Positions 54,430 through 64,000 of a stretch of 64,000 nt of DNA are shown here, in pieces. Each line of letters begins with the position of its first letter. Within the stretch, counting starts at the first letter, position 1. This DNA is from Octopus sinensis (lineage: Eukaryota). Below the pieces are notes generated by a model. It was given only the letters and a program-made list of their open reading frames with translations, did not search any database and was not told where the DNA came from. A program made the position numbers and the translations under genes. Location: contig NC_042997.1 of NCBI RefSeq assembly GCF_006345805.1, positions 129,146,001-129,210,000 of the forward strand, given 5' to 3'.

Positions 54430-56000
54430 AGTCATTGCACCCTTCAACTATTCTTAGTAAAATCTGAAATCTCTACAAAATTATAAAAACCTTAAAAGTT
54501 AACAAAAGTGCAGTTGGAGCTGCTTTACATAGACCCATCAACACCTTCTAAACATCCCATCATTACCAAAACAAAAATAATTCACTTGAACAACAAATAA
54601 AAACTGTGTGCTGTTCCTCATTATTAGCAAATAATCAAAATACTTAACACCCCCTTTAGAAACAAACAAATTTCTGACTATCAAACTGCTTTTCAGTCAC
54701 CAATCCTATGTAGAATAGAGTAACAACACATCTAGAATCTACAATTTCCTAAATGGTGTACTACTCAGACCCTACACAACCTTCACATACTTCCACAAAA
54801 CATACAAACATCCTGGCAGAAACAGAAGCTAAATCTACATCATATCACAATCCACCATCTTAAAAAAGCAGATGAGTGAATAATGGAGTCTTAGATACCT
54901 TATCATTATTGCCATTATCATCACTATTTAACATTTGTTTTCCATACTGGCATAGGTTGAACAGTTTGACAGGAACTGATAAGACTGGGAGCTACTCCAA
55001 GCACCATTGTCCATTTGGGCATGATTTCTATGGCTGAATGCCCTTCTTAATGCCAACCATTTATCTGGGCGTACTGGGTGCTTTTTACATGGTACCAGCC
55101 ACATAAATGACCTGGCCATGAATAAAAACATGACTTCAAGGGAATTTGAACTCTGAACATAAAGATGGATGAAATATCACTAAGCTTTTCGCCTGGTATG
55201 CTAATGATTCTGCTACCTCACTGCCTAACGATTCTACCAGCTCACCATAAAAGATAATAAATGAAAATGCATGAAGAAATTTAAAACAACTCATTTGATC
55301 CCTCAGGGATTATCTCAACTCAGCTTGAGTCTCCTAATATATTATTACAAAGAACAGAAAACTTCACATTTAATGCAATCACAGGTTGTATAAAGACTAC
55401 ACCCATAGATCATGCAAGTGACAAAGCTTAAATTCTCAAAATGAAAAATTACCCAAGCATGCAAATTGTCAAAAACTTGCATAGTGCAAACCCATGCAGG
55501 CCCACAAATAAGAGAACAATAACCACAGACACCCTGGCACATCTGCAACATTCCAGAACACTACTACAGCATCATACTAAAAGTATTAGCCATCCCACAT
55601 GATTCAGACAAGCACAAAAAAAAATGCAAACACTCTAAAAAAAAAAGCAGCAACATCAATAACCTCATTAGTTCCTTGGTCTAACAAGTCTCTACATCAT
55701 CAATGGACCTGTTAAAAATAACAGCCAACTATCCCTCAAATCACACCCTACTGTCATAAACAAAGGACATATTGATTCATGTAATCCTATCTCGAAAACG
55801 AAAAATAGACCAGAGTTGGGATTGTCATGCCTGGAATGTCTTCTGATTATAGATCTCATTAGAGCTGGCCTGGGGCTAAACAACAATACCAACCTCATTA
55901 GTTTCAAACATTCTCCTGATAGTTACACCACCAGAGGTAAATATAAAAGAATAGCAACATTGTCATGTTCTGACCAAGTGAATCCACCTTGCCCACCTCT
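54430..56000 (+). mobile_element. Old, highly degenerate non-LTR retrotransposon RT C-terminal remnant, interrupted by SINE/RTE tails at ~54910-55250
   Basis: Fragments such as FLNGVLLRP...TY and QRTENFTFNAITGCIKTTPIDH resemble RT motif 7 and the following thumb region. Confidence 0.45.
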
Positions 56001-56450
56001 GTTGTGGCTATTAACACAGGAGTTTACAGGAACAGACCAGATTAATGGTTCTCAACTGGAGTGCACATGACCCTTGCAGGTCCACGTAAGATTTTGTTGT
56101 TAAAATCTATGTGCTATGAATTGGTTATTTTTCTACAATACACAAAATATTTTCACAATTTTTTTTTTTTTGTATAATTCCTAATATTATAAAAATATAA
56201 TGGAACAGGCTTAAACATCGAATGTTTATTAGGCTCCTGTAGAGTACAATAGGAATGAAAAGGGTCCAAAGGCAAAAAGTGGTTGAAAACCACTGGACTT
56301 TAACAGTGGAAAGTTCTTTGGTTACTGGAGACAAGGTCAAAGAATTGTCATGCTGATGACAGATATATGAACAAGAAACATATGCCCACAACTGTCTTTA
56401 TATCACCAAACAATAAACTTGTCCCTTTCCTTAATGGTATGTAATTTCAG

Positions 56451-56680
56451 GCGGTGAGCTGGCAGAAACATTAGCACGCCAAGCAAAATGCTTAGCGGTA
56501 TTTCGTCTGCCACTGCGTTCTGAGTTCAAATTCCGCCGAGGTCGACTTTGCCTTTCATCCTTTCAGGGTCAATTAAATAAGTACCAGTTACGCACTGGTG
56601 TCGATATAATCGACTTAATACGTTTGTCTGTCTTTGTTTGTCCTCTCTGTATTTAGCCCCTTGTGGGTAGTAAAGAAATA
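56451..56680 (+). mobile_element. Full-length tRNA-derived SINE with perfect 15-bp TSD
   Basis: TSD ggtatgtaatttcag at 56436-56450 and 56681-56695; B-box GAGTTCAAATTCC. Confidence 0.95.
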
Positions 56681-57173
56681 GGTATGTAATTTCAGAGAAT
56701 TTTTATTGTGAGTTGATTTCAGTTGCCATTTGGTAGAACCAGGGATAATTTTCATAGATCATCAATTTATGTTGCATGGTATCTGACACAACCAATATTT
56801 GTCTATTTTATTCAAATACTGACTACTTTAAATTATTTATCTTCATTTTTACTTAAATTCTAAGAAAATGTAATACAACTATACTGAAAGGAAGATGTAA
56901 TTAAGACAGTTCTCAGCACGTAGGCTCTTATAGACAACTTATGCTGTCCAGCAACAGAGGATAACAATACTATTTCTATTATCATTTATTAATTCCCAGA
57001 GGGTCTGAAAACCACCTGCTTTGGTTGGCATGAAAATTTGAAATAATGATTATAATTGAGCAGTAAAATATATATTTCTCTATTACATGTGATGGATACA
57101 CCTTTCGTTCTTCATAGAAACACTTGCAAATTTGCCATTTTGTGTGTGTGGTGGGGTGGACTAGCCAGGAGAT

Positions 57174-57678
57174 ACATTATTTACATTTGATGGATATTTG
57201 TCCTCATCTTGTTTGTTGTTAACACAACATTTCGGCTGATATACCCTCCAGCACTTCATCAGTGTATTGAGGAAATTTCGAACCCAGGTTCTCATTCCTA
57301 AGGTATTTTTCAATGTTGTTATTATTATTATTATTATTATTCAGGTCACTGCTTGGAATCGAACTCGGAATCAAACTTGGAATCAAACTCAGAATTGCCA
57401 TATGCCCATGGGCATGTGGCATAGTGGTTAAGAGTGCTGGCTACTAACCCCAAGATTCCGATTTCGATTCCAAGCAGTGACCTGAATAATAATAATAATA
57501 ATAATAACATTGAAAAATACCTTAGGAATGAGAATCCAGGTTTGAAATTTCCCCAATACACCTGATGAAGGCTGGAGGGTATATCAGCTGAAACGTGTTA
57601 ACTACAAACGAGATGAGGGCAAATATCCATTGAATGTAAATAATGTACATAATTCTTCATCCCTTAAATATAGAACTG
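57174..57678 (+). mobile_element. tRNA-headed, hammerhead-bearing SINE-like element inserted as an inverted duplication with 12-bp TSD
   Basis: TSD tagccaggagat at 57162-57173 and 57679-57690. + arm ~57409-57678: A-box TGGCATAGTGG, B-box, (AAT)n, hammerhead. The inverted arm 57174-~57372 duplicates its 3' part. Confidence 0.88.
57555..57600 (+). ncRNA. Degenerate minimal type-I hammerhead motif; inverted partner at 57221..57268 (-)
   Basis: ACAC-CUGAUGA-A-GGCUG(gaggguauau)CAGCU-GAAAC-GU.. on +. The minus arm retains CAGCC-GAAA(U)-GUU-GUGU. Combined, the arms restore a complete motif. Confidence 0.65.
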
Positions 57679-58859
57679 TAGCCAGGAGATGTCCAATTTG
57701 GAGAAACCAACCATGCTGACCTTCACCTCCAGTTCAAAACAGAGGCAACATAGAGAAGGATAACATTTTGGTTGACTTACAATAGATATAATTATAAGCA
57801 TTGTTTATTTATGATGACCACTAAGAATAATAATTAAACTAAATTAATTTCCATTTTAGAGTATACTTTATATGCATATAACACTAAGGCTCATTAAACT
57901 GACTTTATTAGCAATTTATAGTATATTTTATAATTATATATACTGTATGCTGGTTGCTTAGAGGCTGCCATGTGTAAACAATGCTTGTTGGCAGACATTT
58001 TACATTTTGTTTATCACTTCTATTATATATCAGAGATGAAGGTCAGCTTCATTGGCTTTTCAAAACACATGTCTCCTACAAGTATGGCATGTGCATGTGT
58101 ATTCACTACCATCTTGGTGGGTGTGTACTCATCAGATTCTATTTGTTTGTTTGCAGTCAACCGCAAAAGTTTGCTTGGGCTTCTTGATATGTGTGCACAG
58201 ATTGTAAACAAAAATCTTAGCATTTATACAAATTGTTTTTTGTTTACAGTCCTCTACAAGAACATACCCAGGCTGCTTGTTGTTCAGTAGACTGAAAGAA
58301 TTTTACCTTATTTGGAAACAGTTGAGTATTGGTATGATAGATGACCCTGCCATAGAAAATTCCTCAACAAAGTCATTTTTGGCTCCTGCAAGCATGGAAA
58401 AGTAGACATTAAAATAGAAATGGTTATGATGACGGTGATGATGATGATTTATGTGTGTGCATGGTTACAAAATAACAAGCAGTAAGCATATATACTGGAT
58501 TGTAAAAATCATCCTGGAAGTACCTTTTAAACGTTTGTTGTGTAGCGTGGATTCGAACTTGCATTGCCACATTACAAATATCAAGTCATAACATAACAAC
58601 AGCTTGATCACATGTGCAGCTGTTTTATTATTCAAACCAGTGGCTGGTGTTCACATGATAGCTTCCTTAAACATCGCCTATAAATAGAATTGATTCTGAG
58701 TGTAATTTCCAGAGTGTTGATGACATCAGGGCAGAACATTGTCTCCTATCTCACCAAACTTCAGTGTGTTCTTGAGTGCATTATGAATAGAAACTCCTTT
58801 GCAGTCATTCTAATGCCTATGTGCTCAACTCATATTCGATCATAAGGCAGACGTGACAC

Positions 58860-59699
58860 CACTTTACTTCTCTTGCACTCTTGCTTGATGGGACTGGTGT
58901 CATCCCAGGTTGATGGTCCCAGAGGTGTCACTGTGCTTAGAGCCAAAAGGGTCCACTAGTGCCCCCCACCCCCTTGCTGGTGGTCCCATGCCATCCCACT
59001 GCATCCTTCAAGATGACATCAAGCATCTTCAGATCTTCTTTAGTCATGTCCAGCCATCTGGTGTGGGGCCTACCACAGGGCCTCCTCCAGATCGCAGCTG
59101 CTGCATTGAATAAAAGCAAGGCCCTGGAGTGTAATCTGGCAGGAGACTGAGTACATATCCATATCGGTGCATGTGGCAGATGGTAATGAGGCAGGAGGCT
59201 GTAGGCTGATGAATGTGTGCATGCAGTTCTTCATAGGAAGGAAACATGATGGTATCAGCTGTTGCTCTCTGTAGTATTGAAGCTGCCGATCACCTTTGCC
59301 ATGGTTTTCATTAGCAACCACATACCTGCTCCATAGAGAATAATGTAGAGGATCAACACATTGTAGATGTGGAGCTTTGTCTTCTGGGAGATGGAGCAAT
59401 GGTGTCAAAGGGACTTCCATGTGGAGTGCATGACTACAGAAGCCAGAACATATCTGCATTTGATGTCTGGGGTCAAGTCTCTGTTGTTGGTGAGTGTAGA
59501 ACCCAGGTAGATGAAGGATCTGACAAACTCCACAACTTCAGGGTCAATATGAAGTGGAGGATGGTCCAGGTCATCACCAGCATTCATCAGTTTGGTCTTC
59601 GCCCAACTCACCTGAAGACCAAATGTTTGCTGATTCCTCTTGGGGTATGGTCAGTGTGTCCCTCAGCTGGTCAATTATGTTGCTGAATTGGGTGGTATC
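58860..59699 (-). mobile_element. 5'-truncated RTE-type LINE of a second, PHD-less family
   Basis: IDQLRDTL..QEESA.FGLQVSWAKTKLM...EFVRSFIYLGSTL...WRRPCGRPHTRWLDMTKEDL. Confidence 0.85.
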
Positions 59700-59930
59700 T
59701 GTGGTGTATGCGAGAGATTCGAAATAAAGGTACCTACCTTCTCTTCGCTCAAATGGAGACCCTTCAGCGGTAATGGATCCTTCAACACAGCCCGACCCAA
59801 ACGCTAGAAATAGCAGCTGCTTCTCCCAACCATAACAACATGCTGATGCCGTCTTACCCACTCGGCGACCTGCGCGTTCATCACTGCTGCCCCTTCTGGT
59901 CAGCTCCCCAGCTGCTGACGTTATCCCACA
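59700..59930 (-). repeat. 3' LTR (231 bp) of the Gypsy-like element
   Basis: Termini TGTGG...CCACA, immediately preceded on the minus strand by a PPT-like AAGATCAGGGTGGCG, downstream of the integrase end. Confidence 0.8.
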
Positions 59931-59961
59931 CGCCACCCTGATCTTAAAGATCACAATCTCT

Positions 59962-62769
59962 CTACTCCATGTCGCAGTCCACCATCCAACCAGGAGGGTG
60001 CCTTGCGCATCAAGATCTTCTCAAGCTGGTCACCTCATTCTCCCCCTCTCCACAATTGTCTTCCATTGAAGCAACAATCCTGCTTAGGTCCAAGACATGT
60101 CGCGGCATTCCATCCACAGAGATGTTGCTTCTTGAATTGACTGCCGTCACTGTTCCTCTACTCCATTGAGACGTACAGCACGCCTTTGGTGGCTTAACCC
60201 AGACTTCCTCCTCTATTTTCGCGCAAACGGGTCCCTTCTCTTCCTTGTGGCCCTCCAGCGCTGTACTCGGGTGCCTCCATTCATATTTAAATACAGCTCT
60301 CTGCGGCACAGATTCTTCAGCTTGTCCGGGTCGGGGAGACAAGTTGTACCAGAAAACTGCTTCAAGCGGCGAAATGTGCCCTCTTTCCGCTATGGCCTTC
60401 ACTGTTCGATGGTGCCTCTCTACAATCCCGTTACCGCTCGGCCTATACGCTGCTCTGAACAAGCGACGCATCTTCCACTGGTCAAGCATATATTCCTTCA
60501 ATGCTTCCGAGCGAAACGCCGCCCCGTTCTCCAGTAGCAGTTCTTCCACGGGACCTCTCTCTAAAAATATCCCATTCAAGATCTGCACAATCTCATCAGC
60601 AATGCCCGTTCTCAACTCCCTCCAAATGGCCAGCTAGCCCGGCCCACAGTCGACCATGGAGAGATACATTCCCAGACGGTAGTGCATCACATCCACAGCT
60701 AGCCTTTTCCAGTTGTGCTCCACCAAAAGGTTTTCCTGCTCATGCCCACACGGAGCAGGGTCAATGGACTGACACCTGTCGCAGCTCCCGACCACTTTCC
60801 GGATGCTTCTCCTAGTGACGTCAGCATCAATTTTCTTCGCCAGATACAGGGCCCTGTCCACACCCAAATGATGCATAACATGCAGTCTCTTCAGTTCAGA
60901 GTCATCCAACTGACACGCCACAGCTATCCCTTTCCAGGCCTCCTCCGGTTCTCCAACCACGCCTTTTTCACCCTGGTCAGCGCGTCCGCCCTGTTTTTCT
61001 CCGAAGGTACGAAAATCACGTTCAGCTTCAGTCCGAACTCAGCAATCAATTCACCTAGAACTCCTAGACAGCGCTTCACCAACATCTCCGTGGCACCTTT
61101 CGTCCAAACTTTCCTTTCACTGGTGATCACTGATCCTACCCAGCCAAGCACAGTGGCCGAATTCATCCGGATTTCAATTGTGCGCAGCCCCCATTTCAGG
61201 GCCAAGTTCACCCCTTTCAGCACCGCATCTAATTCAGCAACATTGATGTGGTTGAAGTCATCTGCTTTCCAAAGCCAGGCCGCGTCTTCCACCACAGCGC
61301 CTTCGATTGCCAACACAACCCCTATCGCTATACTGCTAGCATCACACCAGACAGTCCCGTGTTCCGTCTTGGGCACATACCAGTTCCCCCTGACCGGGTC
61401 TTCCACTCTCATCCTCTCTAGGATTTCCTGCATCATCGCCACCGTCCCGTCTCCCACCTTATCGCCCCAACTCTCTCCCTCTGCTCGTCTCTTGGTGTAA
61501 CTGCATGCCGTGCGCAGCCATCAAGCGATCGGGTAGTGACCGACCAACTTCTCACACACTGAGAACAGCTCTCTCCTGCTGACGCTGGAACTCAGCTCTG
61601 GGATTTCATTCCCTCTCCAGAACACTAACTCACCCGATCTATCTCTTCGCAGCTTCAGCCCCAGTGCGGCTCCCCCTTCCATCGACTCTGGTGGCTTCGC
61701 AATCAGTCCGAACTTCTCCAGATGTCTAACAACCTCGTTGGCTGGCACTACAGTTTCGTCCACCAAAATGTCATCAATGTAGGAGCTGGTGGCCTTTCTA
61801 ATCTTGCCGTCTTTCCCTAGGACGGACTTAAGCACTGCCGCCATGATCTTCAGAGCGGAATTCAGCCCGAAACCCAGCCTGGTTAAACAGTACATCCGGC
61901 CTTTGTACCACACCAGCTGATATCGCCACAGTTTGTCGCTCACATGGAGCTGCAAGTATGCCGATTTCAAGTCGACAATCGTCGCTGTCTAGGTCGACTG
62001 TCTCCCTGCACGCACAAACGTCCATCGCCTCACCTCCCATGTGACACGATATATGCTGGTTTAGCTCCCTGAAGTCCAGCACCGGTCTGACTTTTCACTT
62101 CGTAGGCTGCACCACCACCATCAGGGGTAGCACCCCGCCTGCTACCTCCTCCTCCCAAGGGACAAGGACCCCTTCCTCGATCCACCTCTCCACCTCGTCT
62201 TCAAACTCGACCCTGGCGTGGCCTTTGAGGGTATGCTGGTAACAGCTCACTCTGTTTTTCAGCATCAGGGGCTCGTCCTTCCATTGCCACTCTATTGTCC
62301 ACCGCTGACCATCGAACGCTGCCTGAAAATCTTTGTCCTCAATGGTGTAAGCGGCGCAGTTCCTCGCGGTGCTCTGCTCTCTCTGGTGATCCTGACTCGC
62401 AGTGCACGTCGCCCCCACGCTTCCAAATGTGACCTCATCTCCCACAATACTGACGCCACCGTGGCAGTTGATGGCATCCATCCCCATCACCACATCAACC
62501 CCATCTATCACGCGTTCAGCCACAATTACCTGCAGCCTTAGCATTGCGCTACGCACCACTATCTCTACCTTGCTGCTGCCTTTACAACGGATTTCGCTGC
62601 CATCAACCGCCCGGACGCTACTTGCCCCGTTCCATTTCTTCGTCACCACGAGGGCCTTGGACGTCTTCCCCTCGGCCTCCACATCAATTAATGGCAGCGT
62701 CTCCAAAAGTGCCTCTACTCGTTTGCGGGGAAAGTTCAAGAGGCATCAACTTCCCCACGGTCATTTCCC
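59962..62769 (-). pseudogene. Decayed pol of a compact Ty3/Gypsy-like LTR retrotransposon (PR-RT-RNase H-IN)
   Basis: PR DVVMGMDAI; RT RPVLDFRELN, VDLKSAYLQL, RLGFGL, SYIDDILV; RH WCDASS, HINVAELDAV; IN H..HHLG..CDRC, LAVDV, ENGAAF, PSGNGIVERHHRTVK. Stops and frameshifts present. Confidence 0.95.
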
Positions 62770-63473
62770 TGGTCGCAATCACGGGCGATGTGCCCTGTCT
62801 GCCTGCATCAATAGCAAACGGGCCCCGGTTGCGTACACTCTCTCGCCATGTGCGATCCCTGACATCTAAAACACCGACCTGAGAACAGCCGCTGTCATTG
62901 CACGGTAGGCTTCTGCATGTCTTTCTCCAACCATCATCCGTCTTTACGCACCTCCGTCACCACCATCGCTATCGCCTTCCACCCAGAGTGTCGCGTCAAC
63001 ACGCAGGCTTGAGTCACAAGTTCGCTCAGCGCCATCTTTTTACTTCCAGCCAATTGTTGTAGGTGAATCCCTACATCGTAGGGGAACCCATTTACGAATG
63101 CCAGTCGCGCTGCTCTCTCCAGCCCTTCTCCTGTAAACCCACCCAGCGTCGCTAACCTTCGAACTTCTGCCCCGTATTCGTCCACCTGTCCTCCCGTCCA
63201 TCTGATCATACCCAGCTTAGCAAAAGTTGTGTACTCACACTCTGTGTAGGCATCCCTCAGACGTTGCTCTATCTTTTCTTCACTCAGACATTCTTCCTTG
63301 TCCATCTCAAGATATAGCGTCAACGCGCTCCCTTCCAAATACAGCGCCATATGACTTGCCACATCGCTTATACCTTGCAGTCTTGCCACCAGCCTGATTT
63401 TACACATCCAGGCCACTACATCACCTTCACCATTAAAGGGTCTGATGATGTCGCTGGCGATCCTGATTTTCGC
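62715..63473 (-). pseudogene. Decayed gag with two zinc knuckles
   Basis: AKIRIASDIIRPFNGEGDVVAW...LYLEGSAL; knuckles CFRCQGSHMAREC (62835-62873) and CY*CRQTGHIARDC (62775-62816). In-frame TGA at 62934, 62895 and 62808. Confidence 0.9.
62725..62769 (-). promoter_or_regulatory. Putative -1 programmed ribosomal frameshift signal (G GGA AAU + stem-loop)
   Basis: Heptamer 62763-62769 in the gag frame (CAG GGA AAT); pol is in the -1 frame; hairpin GUGGGGAAGUU/AACUUUCCCCGC starts 4 nt downstream. Confidence 0.75.
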
Positions 63474-63650
63474 TCAGGTCTTCATTGTTGATGAGTGTAG
63501 AACAGGTAGATGAAGGAGCTGACAAACTCCTCATTGTCAGTGTCAATATGGAGTGGGGGATGGCTCCTGTCATCACTAACATGCATTTGTTTGGCCTAAT
63601 TTTGCTGATTCCTCTTGGGGTCAATGTGTCCTTGAGCTGGTCGACTGTGT
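63474..63650 (-). mobile_element. Second RTE fragment paralogous to ~59470..59680, replacing the expected 5' LTR
   Basis: gatgagtgtagaacaggtagatgaaggagctgacaaactcc vs ggtgagtgtagaacccaggtagatgaaggatctgacaaactcc; both contain tttgctgattcctcttgggg. Confidence 0.85.
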
Positions 63651-63830
63651 TTTTTCATGTGCCACTGGCACAAGTGCAAGTAAGGCGACGCTGGTAATGA
63701 TCACGCTCAAATGGTGCTTTTTACATGCCATCAGCATGGAATCCAGTCAGCTGCTCTGGCAATGATCACACTCGGATGGTGCTCTTAGCACTCCACTAGC
63801 ACAGATGCCAGTCATTGAATTTGATTTCGA
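63651..63830 (-). mobile_element. RTE 3'-UTR minisatellite fragment
   Basis: ggtgctttttacatgcca units and aatttgatttcgat. Confidence 0.7.
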
Positions 63831-64000
63831 TGTAATGCGTGAACAGCTTTTTATAACAAGTGCAGCATAATTTTGTGAGGTTCTTTTGGTGAGGATTTTA
63901 TAAACTCTTAAAAATTTGTCATCTCTCATTTGCAATGTTTAATTCATGTTCTTATATAAAAGAGAACCTGTGTTTTCCCTCTGCCAGACTGTTAAGTACA

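Noticed and set aside
57970-58290. 106-aa hydrophobic ORF
   Set aside because: Its minus strand matches the repeat fragment at ~11700 and ~39055 (aacaagaagcagcctgg); no protein motif recognised.
60715-61500. 261-aa plus-strand ORF and other antisense ORFs over the LTR element
   Set aside because: Antisense shadows of GC-rich pol; no recognisable motifs.

Overview
AT-rich, repeat-saturated eukaryotic DNA. The SINE/LINE families look like those of octopus (cephalopod) genomes; this species call is from memory, not a search. No intact host protein-coding gene can be demonstrated. About 75% of the window is one block present twice: 1..23732 is repeated at 27365..~51532 (offset ~27.35-27.8 kb). 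Copy 1 ends exactly at a 100-N scaffold gap (23733..23832), so an uncollapsed haplotype is the leading explanation. Mobile content: many RTE-clade LINE copies whose RT carries an inserted C4HC3 PHD finger; several tRNA-derived SINE families with TSDs; a DD37D/maT transposase remnant; hairpin MITEs; a decayed compact Ty3/Gypsy-like LTR element with a -1 frameshift cassette; and a decayed GALE retrocopy missed by the ORF track. The most interesting signal is a Penelope-linked hammerhead-ribozyme system: (i) a GIY-YIG Penelope fragment with inverted pseudo-LTRs, each holding a minimal type-I hammerhead with a compensatory U3-A8 core; (ii) a tRNA-headed SINE-like element carrying a different hammerhead, inserted as a Penelope-style inverted duplication with a 12-bp TSD.
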